Below are positions 37,650 through 48,200 of a stretch of 64,000 nt of DNA, piece by piece. The DNA lies in assembly GCA_965215195.1 (NCBI GenBank), contig CBDCDC010000002.1, positions 1,888,001 to 1,952,000 on the forward strand, written 5' to 3'. Source of the DNA: Candidatus Latescibacterota bacterium. Its GTDB lineage: Bacteria > Latescibacterota > UBA2968 > UBA8231. The position numbers were made by a program, and so were the translations under genes. The notes below the pieces were generated by a model. The model was not told the DNA's origin, searched no databases, and saw only the letters and a list, made by a program, of their open reading frames with translations. Each line of letters opens with the position of its first letter. Positions within the stretch are counted from its first letter, which is position 1.

Positions 37650-38402
37650 TTATATCCGCGTCAGGGCTTCTGCCGGCATCCACCCGCCGAGGCCATTGGC
37701 CAGCCGCACCAGCATCCACCCCTCCTCCTGCCGCACCAAGCGCACCTTCGTCCCTTCGTGCGCGACAAAAACCTCGGTCTGCCCAAGGTCGGGGCCGGAG
37801 CGCGCCCGCGCCTCAACCGCCGTGACAATGGCTTCGCTCGTCTGCGCCCGATGGCGGAGGCGCGTTCCCAGCCAGAGCGCGGACCCAACGCTCAGCCCCG
37901 CACAGAGCCAAACCCCGACTAGCCACAGCGCCCCGGGGCGCGTCTGCGCAAACAACCACCGCACCCCCAAGACAAAGACCGCGAAAAACGCCGCGGCCAA
38001 CAGCAGGCTGAGCTGATTGAACGTAGGCCAGAAATAGGCGGCCACCAGCGCGGCCACCAGCGCACCGAGCCCGTCCTCTGTTTGCGGGTCGCGGTCCTGC
38101 TTCACTAGGTTGGCAAAGCGCAGATTGGCCTCAATGTCCTCGTCGTGCGGCAGCAAACGCCGCGCCCGCTCATACCAGAGAATCGCTTCGCCTAGCTGCC
38201 CGGACTTGAAGCAGGCATTGCCCAGATTGTAGTAGAGCCGAGCGTCTTGTACCCCGGCTTCTACCACCTCCAAGTAGCTGCGCCGCGCTGCGGCAAAATC
38301 CCCGGCCCGATAGAGCGCGTTGGCTTCGTTGTACTGCCCAGCCGCGGCCCCGGCGTGGAGTTGGGTGCCCAACAGGAGCAACAGCGCCAGGGCGCGCATC
38401 AT
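37650..38402 (-). CDS. batE: BatE-like TPR + SH3 protein
   Basis: LYYNLGNACFK, AILWYERA, two TM segments and HEGTKVR...GWM SH3b; follows batD. Confidence 0.85.
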   Translation of the reverse strand: MMRALALLLLLGTQLHAGAAAGQYNEANALYRAGDFAAARRSYLEVVEAGVQDARLYYNLGNACFKSGQLGEAILWYERARRLLPHDEDIEANLRFANLVKQDRDPQTEDGLGALVAALVAAYFWPTFNQLSLLLAAAFFAVFVLGVRWLFAQTRPGALWLVGVWLCAGLSVGSALWLGTRLRHRAQTSEAIVTAVEARARSGPDLGQTEVFVAHEGTKVRLVRQEEGWMLVRLANGLGGWMPAEALTRI

Positions 38403-40159
38403 ATCTGTTTCTCCAAACCCGCGATCACCTCCTCGGCCAAGCACCGCGCCGCAGCCCGGTCCGTCGGCGGGCCGCCTGCGGGCGCAAAGCGCGCAAAGTC
38501 GCAGCGCGTCAGCAGGTCGCGCAACGTAGCAATCGTCTCGGCATCCACTTGACGCGCCGCCAAGGCCGCGGCGCAGACCTCAATGGTCAGGCCAGCCGCG
38601 GCGAGGTTGAGGCGGTCGGCCACGAACTCCAGCACAGCGGCGCGCACCTCGCCGTAGAACTCGGCCGCGCTGCCAGCCGCGAGCAAGGCATCGGCGCGGG
38701 ATAGGCGGCGGCTGGCCTCGCCTTTGGCCCGGCGCTGGCGCGCATACGCCACATCGCCCTGCAAGCGCCGCTGATGGCGTTGCCACAAGAGCAGGGCGAA
38801 GAAGGCAATGGGCAATGCGCCCTGCAAGGCCCAAAACCAACGGCTCTCGTGTAGCATGGTGCCCGCGGCGAGGGCCTCGACGTCGGGCTTGATGTAGCGA
38901 ATGTCCTCCCCTACGGCCTCGATGTCCCGCCGGCTCAGCCCGTAGCTCGCCCCTTCCTCCTCAACGCGCCCCTCGCTGTGAATGGCGATGGGCGCGGATT
39001 CGAGGACTTCGTAGCGCCCTTGGTGCGGGTCAAAGTACGCAAAGCGCAACGGCGGGATGTTCAGGGTGCCGCCCTGCTCGGGAATCAAGATGTACTCAAA
39101 GAGGCGGCGGCCCCCGTACACGCCGTTGGTGACCCGCTCTTCTTCCTCGACCTTGGGGTCGTAGATCTTGACGCCGGGCGCGGCATCTACTTGGAGCGGC
39201 TGCACTGCGGCCATGTTGCCCTCGCCCTCGACGATCACTTGCAGCGTCACCGGATCCCCGGCCGCGACTTGGGTCGGCTGGGCCGCGACGCCGAGCTGGA
39301 AGCGCCCTACCGCGCCGGTAAATTCCGCCGGGCGACCCTGCGCTGGCAGCGGTAGGACCTCAATTTGCAGTTCCTCGCTTTGCAGGAGCAGCGAGCGCGA
39401 GCGGCCAAAGAAGTCGTCAAACAGGCCGCCGCGCCGCGAGCGCTTTTGGGGGATGTCGCAAGAAACGGCCAACGTGCCGACGGCGTGGGTCCCCGCGCCA
39501 GTGGGAAAAAGGGCCACGCGCCGCAGGGGCGCGACGTTGAAGGACACGCCGCCGCGCACCTCCTGATGCGCCTTTAGCTGTTGGGCGACAAAGAGGTCTT
39601 CGGTCCAGAACCCGACAAAGGTCGGCAGCTTGTTGAAGCTGACGTTGTGCGGTTGGACGCGGTAGAACAGGTCGTAGGACACGGTGACCTGCTGCCCCAC
39701 ATAAGCCCGCTCGTGATCGGCGCGCGCCAACACGAAGATGGGATCGTCTGCTTGGCCAGCTTGCGCGCGACTGGTGCCGCGGACGATTTCGACGGCAATG
39801 GGCTTGGTCTGATAGTGCTCGCCGTCCATTTCTAGCTGGAGCGGGCCGATGGTGAAGGTGCCGGCCCGCTTGGCATAGAGGACGTACGTTAGCTCGCGGG
39901 TGAAGCTGAAGTTGGTGAAGTTGCTCATCTCCATCCGCGTACTAACGGCTGGCCCCTCAACGTGGAAATCCTTTAGGTCGAGTGCTGGCGTCAGCTCGCC
40001 CAATTGCGCGTCCGAGGCGATGCGCAGCGTCAGGCGGATCGGCTCGCCCTCGCCAGCGCGCGCGCGATCGACGGACGCCTCAAACTGAATCGTCGCCCCT
40101 GCAACGCCGGACGCTGCAAGCACCCACAGCACGAGCGGGATGGCCAGACGTGCGCTCAC
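38399..40159 (-). CDS. batD: BatD family protein
   Basis: ASVDR, YVGQQVTV, FTGAVGRF, GEGN, YFDP, DIRYIK and CDFARFAP motifs. Confidence 0.88.
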   Translation of the reverse strand: MSARLAIPLVLWVLAASGVAGATIQFEASVDRARAGEGEPIRLTLRIASDAQLGELTPALDLKDFHVEGPAVSTRMEMSNFTNFSFTRELTYVLYAKRAGTFTIGPLQLEMDGEHYQTKPIAVEIVRGTSRAQAGQADDPIFVLARADHERAYVGQQVTVSYDLFYRVQPHNVSFNKLPTFVGFWTEDLFVAQQLKAHQEVRGGVSFNVAPLRRVALFPTGAGTHAVGTLAVSCDIPQKRSRRGGLFDDFFGRSRSLLLQSEELQIEVLPLPAQGRPAEFTGAVGRFQLGVAAQPTQVAAGDPVTLQVIVEGEGNMAAVQPLQVDAAPGVKIYDPKVEEEERVTNGVYGGRRLFEYILIPEQGGTLNIPPLRFAYFDPHQGRYEVLESAPIAIHSEGRVEEEGASYGLSRRDIEAVGEDIRYIKPDVEALAAGTMLHESRWFWALQGALPIAFFALLLWQRHQRRLQGDVAYARQRRAKGEASRRLSRADALLAAGSAAEFYGEVRAAVLEFVADRLNLAAAGLTIEVCAAALAARQVDAETIATLRDLLTRCDFARFAPAGGPPTDRAAARCLAEEVIAGLEKQI

Positions 40160-40959
40160 CAGTCCCTAGCCTGCGCTTTGCCGGTGGCGCGAAACCGACG
40201 CTGTTGCGCTTCTAGCTCGCGGTCTTTGAGTGCATCCATAAGCTGCTGAGCTTCCTCGGGACTAATGGACTGTTGCCCGGCGGGCTGCTCCTCCTGCTGT
40301 TGGTCCTGCCCACCTTGCTGCTGTTGATCCTGTTGGTCCTGCTGCTGTTGATCCTGTCCACCTTGCTGCTGTTGATCCTGCTCTGAATCCTGCTGCTGTT
40401 GATCCTGTTCCGAATCCTGCTCCTGTTGATCCTGCTCCTGTTGATCTTGCTCCGAATCCTGCTCTGAATCCTGCTCCTGTTGATCTTGCTCTGAATCGTC
40501 CTGCTGTTGATCCTGCTGCTGTTGATCCTGCTGCTCCTGCAATTTCTCCAGCGCCAGCTCCAAGTTCACCTTTGCATCCTCGTCGGCCGCGTCTAGCTCC
40601 AGCGCCTGCTTGTAGGCCGCGACGGCCTGTTCAAACGCCTGCTGCTGAAAGAAGCTATTGCCCATGTTGTAATGGGCCTGCGCCTGGATTTTTTTCTCCT
40701 CGGCGCTGAGCACCCGCTCGAATTCCCGCCGGGCTTGGTCGTATTCGCCGCGCTTAAAAAGCGCGTCCCCGACGTTGAAGTGCAGCTCGGGCGCGTCGGG
40801 CCGCTCGAGGAGGGCGTCGCGGTAGAGCTGCAGGGCCTGATCGTACTCGCCGCGCTGGTAGTGCTCCAAGGCCGCGGCGCTCTTGCTGGCCACGGGATCG
40901 CCCACGGTCGCCCCGCAGACAAACGGCCAGATCCCCAAGACAATCCACCGCGCACCCAT
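40156..40959 (-). CDS. batC: BatC-like TPR protein with a Gln/Asp-rich linker
   Basis: HFNVGDALFK, AHYNMGN, DAKVNLELA, Q-rich tract, EEAQQLMDAL and terminal RDW. Confidence 0.85.
   Translation of the reverse strand: MGARWIVLGIWPFVCGATVGDPVASKSAAALEHYQRGEYDQALQLYRDALLERPDAPELHFNVGDALFKRGEYDQARREFERVLSAEEKKIQAQAHYNMGNSFFQQQAFEQAVAAYKQALELDAADEDAKVNLELALEKLQEQQDQQQQDQQQDDSEQDQQEQDSEQDSEQDQQEQDQQEQDSEQDQQQQDSEQDQQQQGGQDQQQQDQQDQQQQGGQDQQQEEQPAGQQSISPEEAQQLMDALKDRELEAQQRRFRATGKAQARDW
40290..40540 (-). repeat. Low-complexity coding repeat (QQD/EQD/SEQD units)
   Basis: Repeated CAGGATCAACAGCAG and GAGCAGGATTC units inside batC. Confidence 0.85.
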
Positions 40960-41984
40960 TAGGCAAACCGCCCCTTCCACTCGCGAGCCTGCACCCGCGC
41001 ATCGCCCAAGAAAGCCTCGGCCAAGAAACAGCACAGGGCCAACAATAGGGGCCATTGGAAGCGCTCCTGATAGCGAGTGAGGCGAGTAGAGCCGATTTCG
41101 CGCTGATCCATCGCGGCGATTTGGTCGTATAAGGCGGCCAATTCCGCGCCGCCCAAGGTGCTGCGAAAGTAATCGCCCTCCGTCTCCAGTGCCATGTCCT
41201 GCAAGGTGCTCTCGTCGAGCCGGGTTTTGACGTAGTGGCCGCGCTGGTCTTTGTGAAAGCTCACGCCTCCACCCTCTTCCTCGGTGGGGATGAGTTCGCC
41301 GTCGGGCGTCCCCAGCCCCACGGCAAAAATGCGCACGCCCTGTTCGGCGGCCACCTGCGCGGCTGCCAGCGGCTGCCCCACGTGATCCTCGCCATCGGTC
41401 AAGAGCACGATGGCCTTGTGCTGGCCCTCGCCCTCTTCAAACGAGCGCACAGCCAGCCGCACGGCGTCGCCAATGGCCGTCCCTTGCACGGGTATGGCCC
41501 CGGCGTCCAGCACGTTGAGAAACATCTCCACTGCGCCGTAGTCGGTCGTCAGCGGGCATTGGACAAAGGCCCGGCCAGCAAAGACCACCAGCCCGACCCG
41601 GTCGCCCCGCAGCAAGTCCAACAGGCCGCGAATTTGGTACTTGGCCCGCGCCAAGCGGCTCGGCTTGACGTCTTCGGCCTGCATGCTGCGCGACACGTCG
41701 AGCACCAGCATCACATCCACGCCCTTGCGCTGGGCCATTTCGAGTTGGGTGCCGAATTGGGGGCCGGTCAGCGCGAGGATCGCAAACAAGGTCCCCAGCC
41801 CCAAGAGGACGCACTTGCCCTGCTGGCGGCCCCGGCTCAGGTTGCGGGTCAGCTTCTCGGCCAGCGGGCCGCGGGCAAAGCGCGCCAAGGCGCGGCCACG
41901 CGCCCAGAGGGCATAGGCAAAAAAGGCCGCCAAAAAGGGCAGCAGCAACAGCAACCAAAAGTTGTACAAGTTCGCAAAGCGCAT
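40959..41984 (-). CDS. batB: BatB vWA domain protein
   Basis: LDVSRSM MIDAS, PSRL, DRVGLVVFAG, PLTTD and LLTDGED motifs. Confidence 0.9.
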   Translation of the reverse strand: MRFANLYNFWLLLLLPFLAAFFAYALWARGRALARFARGPLAEKLTRNLSRGRQQGKCVLLGLGTLFAILALTGPQFGTQLEMAQRKGVDVMLVLDVSRSMQAEDVKPSRLARAKYQIRGLLDLLRGDRVGLVVFAGRAFVQCPLTTDYGAVEMFLNVLDAGAIPVQGTAIGDAVRLAVRSFEEGEGQHKAIVLLTDGEDHVGQPLAAAQVAAEQGVRIFAVGLGTPDGELIPTEEEGGGVSFHKDQRGHYVKTRLDESTLQDMALETEGDYFRSTLGGAELAALYDQIAAMDQREIGSTRLTRYQERFQWPLLLALCCFLAEAFLGDARVQAREWKGRFA

Positions 41985-41990
41985 AGAAAC

Positions 41991-42995
41991 TCAGGGCAGC
42001 GAGCGGAAGCGGGTGTGGGCCAACAGCATCTCCACCAACAGCAGGCCCAAGCCCGCGTAGAGGAAATAGGCGAAGTGCTCCGAGTAGTTCAGGTGGATTG
42101 CGGATTTGATTTCGGTCGCCTCTAACTCGCCGATCTCGCGGTAGATGGCCTCTAGCTTTTCCTCGCTGGTCGCCCGATAGTACTGGCCGCCGGTGCGCGC
42201 GGCCACCTCCTGTAAGGTCTCCTCGTCGATTTCCACCTGTACGGTCTGATAGCGGGTGCCGAAAATCCCGCGCACCGGCCGGCGAATTTCCCCGTCGCTG
42301 CCCACGCCAATGGTATAGACCCGGATGCCCACGGCCGCGGCCACTTCAGCCGCGGTCAACGGCTCAACCTCGCCGGCGTTGTTCACGCCGTCGGTCAGCA
42401 GGATAATCACCTTGCTTGCGGCCTCCGAGTCGCGCAGGCGGTTGCAGGCGTTGATCAGGGCCATGCCAATGGCCGTGCCATCCCATTCCTCGCCGGCGAT
42501 TTCCACGCCCTCGAGGAATTCCAACAGCACTCGATAGTCGAGAGTCAGCGGGCACTGAGTGAAGCTCTCGCCGGCAAAGACGACCATGCCGATGCGATCG
42601 CTGTGGCGGCCGGCGATAAAGTCGGCCACCACTTCCTTGGCCACCTGTAAGCGGCTCTTCTGGCCCTCGTCTAGATCGTTCAGCTCCATGCTCGACGAGA
42701 TGTCTAAGGTCAGCATGATGTCGATGCCCTCAGACGATATTTCCCGCACCTCGCGCCCGGCTTGCGGGCGCGCCATGGCCGCGATGAGACAGCCCAACCC
42801 GAGCATCTTCAAGACGAGGAGGCCGTGCCGGAGCTTGGTCCACAGCGACGCGGTGGCGCGGCGCAACACCCCGAGGTCGGAAAACTGCACACTGCTCTGG
42901 CGTCCCCGGTGCGCACACACATAGCTGTAGAGCAAAACGGGCAACAGCAGCAGCAACAACAACCACTCGGGATTTTCAAACCGGATGTTCTGCAT
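41991..42995 (-). CDS. batA: BatA vWA domain protein
   Basis: RFENPEWL, MARPQ, LDISSSM, GTAIG, LLTDGVNNAG and IDEETL motifs. Probable start MQNIRF. Confidence 0.9.
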   Translation of the reverse strand: MQNIRFENPEWLLLLLLLPVLLYSYVCAHRGRQSSVQFSDLGVLRRATASLWTKLRHGLLVLKMLGLGCLIAAMARPQAGREVREISSEGIDIMLTLDISSSMELNDLDEGQKSRLQVAKEVVADFIAGRHSDRIGMVVFAGESFTQCPLTLDYRVLLEFLEGVEIAGEEWDGTAIGMALINACNRLRDSEAASKVIILLTDGVNNAGEVEPLTAAEVAAAVGIRVYTIGVGSDGEIRRPVRGIFGTRYQTVQVEIDEETLQEVAARTGGQYYRATSEEKLEAIYREIGELEATEIKSAIHLNYSEHFAYFLYAGLGLLLVEMLLAHTRFRSLP

Positions 42996-43893
42996 GGACC
43001 TCAGCAGCGCGCGTTGCAACCGCCTCCTCAATAGCGCGCAATAGGGCTAGGCCGACATCCGGCGCGCCCCGGGCCGCGTCCAGCGCCGGATAGAAGCGGG
43101 CGAACTTCACCAAGTCGGCCGCGCCCAAATAGTCGATGACCCGCTGCCTAAGCGCGGCATCGAGCTCGGCTGCACGCAGCGCGTCCGCCAGCTCAGCCGT
43201 GGTCTGCTCCATTGCCTCAATTGCCAAGCTCTGCTCCAAGAAGCGGCGCAGGTTTTCCGCCAGCAGCGAGTAGTACGTTTTGAGCTCGCCGCGCTCCAAC
43301 AGGCCACACGCGGCAATGCGCGCGAATTCAGCCGCGTAGTCCATTGGCTCGGGCGGAGGCGAAGGTTCCGGGGTGCGGGTGCGGCGACGCCAGAGCCAAA
43401 CGCCGCCGAGCGCGCCAAGCACCAACGCCAACAGGCCGATTGCTACGACCACCCACAACGGCACCCCCCCGCTGACGCGTACGGGCGGTTTGATGTCGCG
43501 CAGTTGGTCCTCCCCTTCGCCCCGGGCGCTGATGACTTCTATGGCTAAGGATTGAGTCGCGCGCAGGAGCGTGTCGCCCGCAGCGGTGACAAAGGGCACG
43601 GCCACGGCTGGCACCTCGTGTAGCCCCAGCTCGTAGAGACGCAGCTCGCATTCTTGCGCCGTCGCGCCCTCGCGTTGGTGCCAGCCGGCGCAGCGGGGGG
43701 CAAAATCCCGCAGGAGCTGGGGCAGGTCCGGGGCCTCGGGGCGCGCGGTGGCGTCGTGGTGGAGCGTCAGGGTCAGGCGGATGGGATCGCCGACCCGCGC
43801 AGCCGCCGTGTCCAAGGCCGCCTCGGCCCGAGGGGCTTGGGCTTGCAGTCCCTCGGCGAGGACGACCAGCGCGGCGAGCAGACCGCCGAGCAT
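42976..43893 (-). CDS. Bat-operon single-pass membrane protein
   Basis: VGDPI, LRDIKP, a TM segment, AMEQTT.EL and ADLVKFA; typical of the gene preceding batA. Confidence 0.75.
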   Translation of the reverse strand: MLGGLLAALVVLAEGLQAQAPRAEAALDTAAARVGDPIRLTLTLHHDATARPEAPDLPQLLRDFAPRCAGWHQREGATAQECELRLYELGLHEVPAVAVPFVTAAGDTLLRATQSLAIEVISARGEGEDQLRDIKPPVRVSGGVPLWVVVAIGLLALVLGALGGVWLWRRRTRTPEPSPPPEPMDYAAEFARIAACGLLERGELKTYYSLLAENLRRFLEQSLAIEAMEQTTAELADALRAAELDAALRQRVIDYLGAADLVKFARFYPALDAARGAPDVGLALLRAIEEAVATRAAEVHAEHPV

Positions 43894-45293
43894 TACGGAC
43901 TGTCAGCGCCGCCGTCGTTGGGGTCTTCGCTGCTGGCGGCGGGTGCAGCTTGCGCCACGTCGTCTATATCCAAGTCCAACTCGGCAAAGTCGTCGGCACT
44001 CACGACGTACACGGCAGCGTCGCCCTCCTGTTGCAGGTACGAGGTTCCGGCACCTGCGCTGAAGCGCGCGGTCAGCAAGGCTTGTCCTTTGCCGAGCAGC
44101 TCAATGCTGAAGGCCGGCGCGGCCTCGGCGGGCAGCTCGTCGGCAAAACCCTCGACTGCGAGCTGCTCCAAATCGCTCAAGAGGCTGTTGAGCTTCCACG
44201 ATTTGGCGTCGCGCCCCACCGGCTCGGACAGGTGCCACACACCGCTGGTGTCCTTGTCGGCTGCAAACGCGGGCGCAGCCCCTCGGGTCAGGACAATGCG
44301 CTCAACCTGCTCGCGCTCAAAGCGCAGCGGCTCTTTGTCGCGCAGGTCGGAGATGCCCTTGGCGAGCTCTTGCACGAGCGTCGAATCGACCAAAAATACT
44401 TGTGGCCGGCTGGCGTCGCGCGCGTACCAACGGCCCTGATCGTCCTCCCCGCCAATGGCCAAGCGCTTCTCGGCCCGATCTTCGCCCACGAGCAGGGCGA
44501 TCTCCACCTCGGGCGTACGCGCTCCCAAGCCATAGGTGGCCAAGGCGTCGGCATCTGGATCTTCGGACACAAAAGCCTCGATCTCGGCTTGGTCGATTTT
44601 GTCGAGCAGGCCATCTACTGCGTCGGCGTCGGCCCGGGCGACCACTGGCTCGCGCATTTGCCAGCCTTCGTCGGCCCGCGCCAGCACGGCCGCACCGCCC
44701 GCGCCCCACCGCTGCACCTGCACCACCTCGTCTTTGGCAAAGGCCAGCACCCGGCGGTCGCGCAAATCAAAAGCGCGCTTGTCGAGGTTGTCGAAGCGCC
44801 AAGCGCGCACCACAAAGATCTCGGGATTGTCGCCTTGTAGTTGGGCGTAGGTGAAGCGGTCGGTGGGGCTGTCCGACCCAAAGGCCACCACCTGCTCGGC
44901 GCCGTCCTCGGTTTGCAGCCGCACTTTGAGTCGCGGCGCGTCGAGCCCGTATTGGGCGGCTTCCTCGGCGGTCGCAGCCGCGCTATCGACGATCGCCTTT
45001 TCTCGCTCGCACTCGCGCAAATTGCGCAAGTAGCGCTCTACGGCCTCTTGGTCCGCACCATCGGCCATGGGCGCGCTCAGGTTCCAGCCGCCCGCCCCCT
45101 TGTCCAACACCAAGGCATCGCTGCCGCGCAACAGCTCGAGCCGCTGGGCGTCGCCGTCTTGGAAGGCGAATAGCTGCTTGGATTTTTCGGCTTCTTGGCG
45201 GCGCTCCTCGCCGCCCTTGATCTCGTAAAAATAGACAAAGGCCAACAGCGCCAAGAAGACTGCGCCGATCACTGCATTGGTCTTGAATTTCAT
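43893..45293 (-). CDS. DUF4340 domain protein
   Basis: N-terminal TM; repeated W....P....AD...V..LL, YGL..P and DLRD units; follows gldG. Confidence 0.8.
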   Translation of the reverse strand: MKFKTNAVIGAVFLALLAFVYFYEIKGGEERRQEAEKSKQLFAFQDGDAQRLELLRGSDALVLDKGAGGWNLSAPMADGADQEAVERYLRNLRECEREKAIVDSAAATAEEAAQYGLDAPRLKVRLQTEDGAEQVVAFGSDSPTDRFTYAQLQGDNPEIFVVRAWRFDNLDKRAFDLRDRRVLAFAKDEVVQVQRWGAGGAAVLARADEGWQMREPVVARADADAVDGLLDKIDQAEIEAFVSEDPDADALATYGLGARTPEVEIALLVGEDRAEKRLAIGGEDDQGRWYARDASRPQVFLVDSTLVQELAKGISDLRDKEPLRFEREQVERIVLTRGAAPAFAADKDTSGVWHLSEPVGRDAKSWKLNSLLSDLEQLAVEGFADELPAEAAPAFSIELLGKGQALLTARFSAGAGTSYLQQEGDAAVYVVSADDFAELDLDIDDVAQAAPAASSEDPNDGGADSP

Positions 45294-48200
45294 GCTAGCT
45301 CCCCTTGTACAAAGACCTTTTTAATCCACACGAGAATTGCCGCGTTGACCACGAAAACCGCGGCGTAGAGCAACTGCACCGTCTCGTTGGGAATCAGCGA
45401 GAAGCCAAGGCCGGCACCGGTGAAAATCGTCAGTGCGACCACGCCAGCGCACAACAGCGAGAATATCAAGCCGGACTGCCAAGCCCAGGCTGCGTGCCGA
45501 TAGAGGCCGTAGCCAATGGCCGCTGAGGCCAAGGCCGCGATCAATTTGACCTCGCCCTCAAAGGTCGCCCCCTCGCTGGTGGCAATGATGCCGCTGATGA
45601 AGAAGAACATTGCATTGCCCCAAAAGGTGTACACCAGCCACGAGACAAAGCCGTCGGCGTACGTGTGATAGCCGCGCCGGAGCACCATGACCATGCCCGA
45701 CAAAGCGACCGCAAAGGGCACGATGAACACCGAGAGCCACAGAATGACCGCGCCCTGATTGCCGATCAAGTTGATGGGGTTAAAGGCGGGTTGCTTGTCG
45801 GCGATTTCGAGGCGGTCTTCGTCTTCGGTTAGCCAGCCGACGCTGCCGATGAATAGCTCGCCATTGGCCTGCTGGGCAAAGTACTGGTTGGAGGCAAAGT
45901 CCGCGTCGCCGATGACCACCAGTCGCGTCCGGCCCTCGGGTGCTAAGCTGGTATCCACGGCCGCGGACACGGCCACGCCCAGCGACACCGGGCCGCGCAC
46001 ATCCATTTCCGGGTCGAACTCCACCTCGCCGCCCTCGCCCACTATGGGCGCGAGGTCGGTTTCGCCCCAACTGCTTTTGTGGGTGTACGCCAACTCGGCA
46101 AGGTCCGGCTCCTTGAGCCGGTGTTCGGCAAGCTGCACCGAGCGGGCCAGCGGAAAGAAACTCATGGTGCCGGCCGATAGCTTTTGGGTGATCGGGTGAT
46201 CGCCGTAGTTGATGACCACCGGCACCGAGACATCCGCGCCAAAGAGCTGGCCCAAGCCGCTCAGATCGACGACAAAGTCCTGCCCCAGCTCAACCGAGTA
46301 CTCGTTCAACAGCGCTTCGAGCCCGGTCGGCTGGCCCGGATCGAGCAAAAACAGCGCACTGCCCCCGCGAGCCAAGTACTGCCGCAGCACTTCGGCTTCA
46401 GCCGCGGCAAAGCGCTCCTGTGGTGCCAAGACCACCACTAACGTGGCGTCGTCGGGCACTGGCTCGGCGAGCGTCAGCCCTCCCTCGACCGCGAAATTTA
46501 GCTCCTTGAGGCGGCCTTTGAGGGTGGAATAGCCCTGCTCATCGACTTGGTCCAGCTCGGCCTCGCCGTGGCCGCTGGTGAAGTAGGCCCTTAGCTCGCG
46601 GCCTTTGAGCGCCTTGAGAATGGCATTGCTCAAGGCCTCTTCGCTCTGGGCGGTGATGCGCTCGGTGCGCACCTGCCCTTCGTCGATCACTTCAACAATC
46701 GACGTCCCGCGCTCGCGGATGTTGTTCTGCTCGACGCGCAGCCGGTTTTTCTGCGGGTCAAGTAGCTCGTAGTCGAAGTGGGGCGACAGATAGCTGTATT
46801 CCCTTAAGAGGTCCTCAAAGCGCACGTTCTCCATCTCGCCCATGAAGGTCTTGACGCTGACGTACTGGCCGCTGTCTTCGAGGGGTGCGAGGAGCCGGTG
46901 GGTGTTGTCCGAGAGGGTAAAGAGCGCGTCGGCCGTCATGTCCTTGCGGAGGTGGTAGCGGTCGCCGAGGAAGTTGACCAGCGCGGCAATGCCGAGCGAA
47001 ATCGCAATGCCCAATCCGGCCGCGCTCAAGTCGGCCAAGCTCCAGCGCCCCTTGCGCGAGACGACCACAAGGCCGACCAAGGCGATCAGCCCCGGATAGA
47101 GCACCACGCTGAGCCAGAAGATCCACTCGCTGTCGCTCTCGGTCAGGGCGATGGGGTTGTGGCCCGGCTCGCGGGGGCGAATCGAGATCAGGGCCTCGTC
47201 TTCGGCCAGCCAGCTCAGGGCGTTGAGGGCTAAGTCGCCGTTGCCCTGGACGCCGAAGTACTGGTTGGTGGCAAAGTCCGAATCCCCAAAGACCACCAAG
47301 CGGCCCCCGGCTTCGGGGTCTCGGGCGGCTACGGCCAAGGACACCGGCCCAGGCCGATCGACGCCCTCGTCGAGCTTGACCGTTTGATTGCCCTCGCTGG
47401 TGAGCACGCTCAAGTCGGTCTCGGCCCAACCGGCCTCCGAAGTCATAACCAAGGGCCCCCCCTCGCGGCCACTGCCCTCGTCAAAGCGCACCGAGCGCCC
47501 GAGTTGGAAGAAGGTCATCAGGCCCTCGTGCTTGCGCGTAACTGGGTGGTCGCCGTAGGAGAGGGCGACCGGCGTGGTAAAATCGAGGCCAAAGAGCGAG
47601 CCAATGCCGCTGGTGTCGATGACGAAGTCGTCGCCGACCGCCACGCCCCACTCGCCCAACAGCTCTTCTAAGCCGCTGTCGGCGAGCGGGTCCAAGAGCA
47701 ACAGCAGGGCCCCGCCTGCCGCCAGATAGGAGCGTATGGCCTCGACCTCCACTGGGAAGAAGGGCGTCCGCGGACCGGCTATGACCAGCACGGCGCAATT
47801 TTCGGGCACCGCCCCCTCGCGGGCGAGGAAGAGCGAATCCTCGACCGCGTAGTCGATCTCTGCCAACTGGGCCTGCAGCTGGTCCAGCCCATCGGGTTGG
47901 TTTGCCAGCCGGCGCTCGCCGTGCCCCACCGTCAAGTAGATCCGGTCTTGGCGCTCTCGCGTCAGCTTGAGCAGGGCGTTGACGATCTCGCGCTCTTCGA
48001 GTTCGGTAATCTGCTGTTGTTTGTCGCCGCTTTCCAACACCAGCGTGTTGTAGAGGCGGATGCCGTAGTCCTCAGTGCGGCGCGGATCGCGGTCTGGGTC
48101 GATAAACTCGTAGCTGAAGCGGGTGTTGTACGTCTCCAACTCGGCCAGCAGCAGCTCGAGTTCGGCGTTTTCTCCCCCCTCCATAAAGGCGAGGACGTGG

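Noticed and set aside
40290-40540. Repeat tract as a possible CRISPR array
   Set aside because: It is an in-frame Gln/Asp/Glu-coding low-complexity linker typical of BatC, with no unique spacers and no cas genes.
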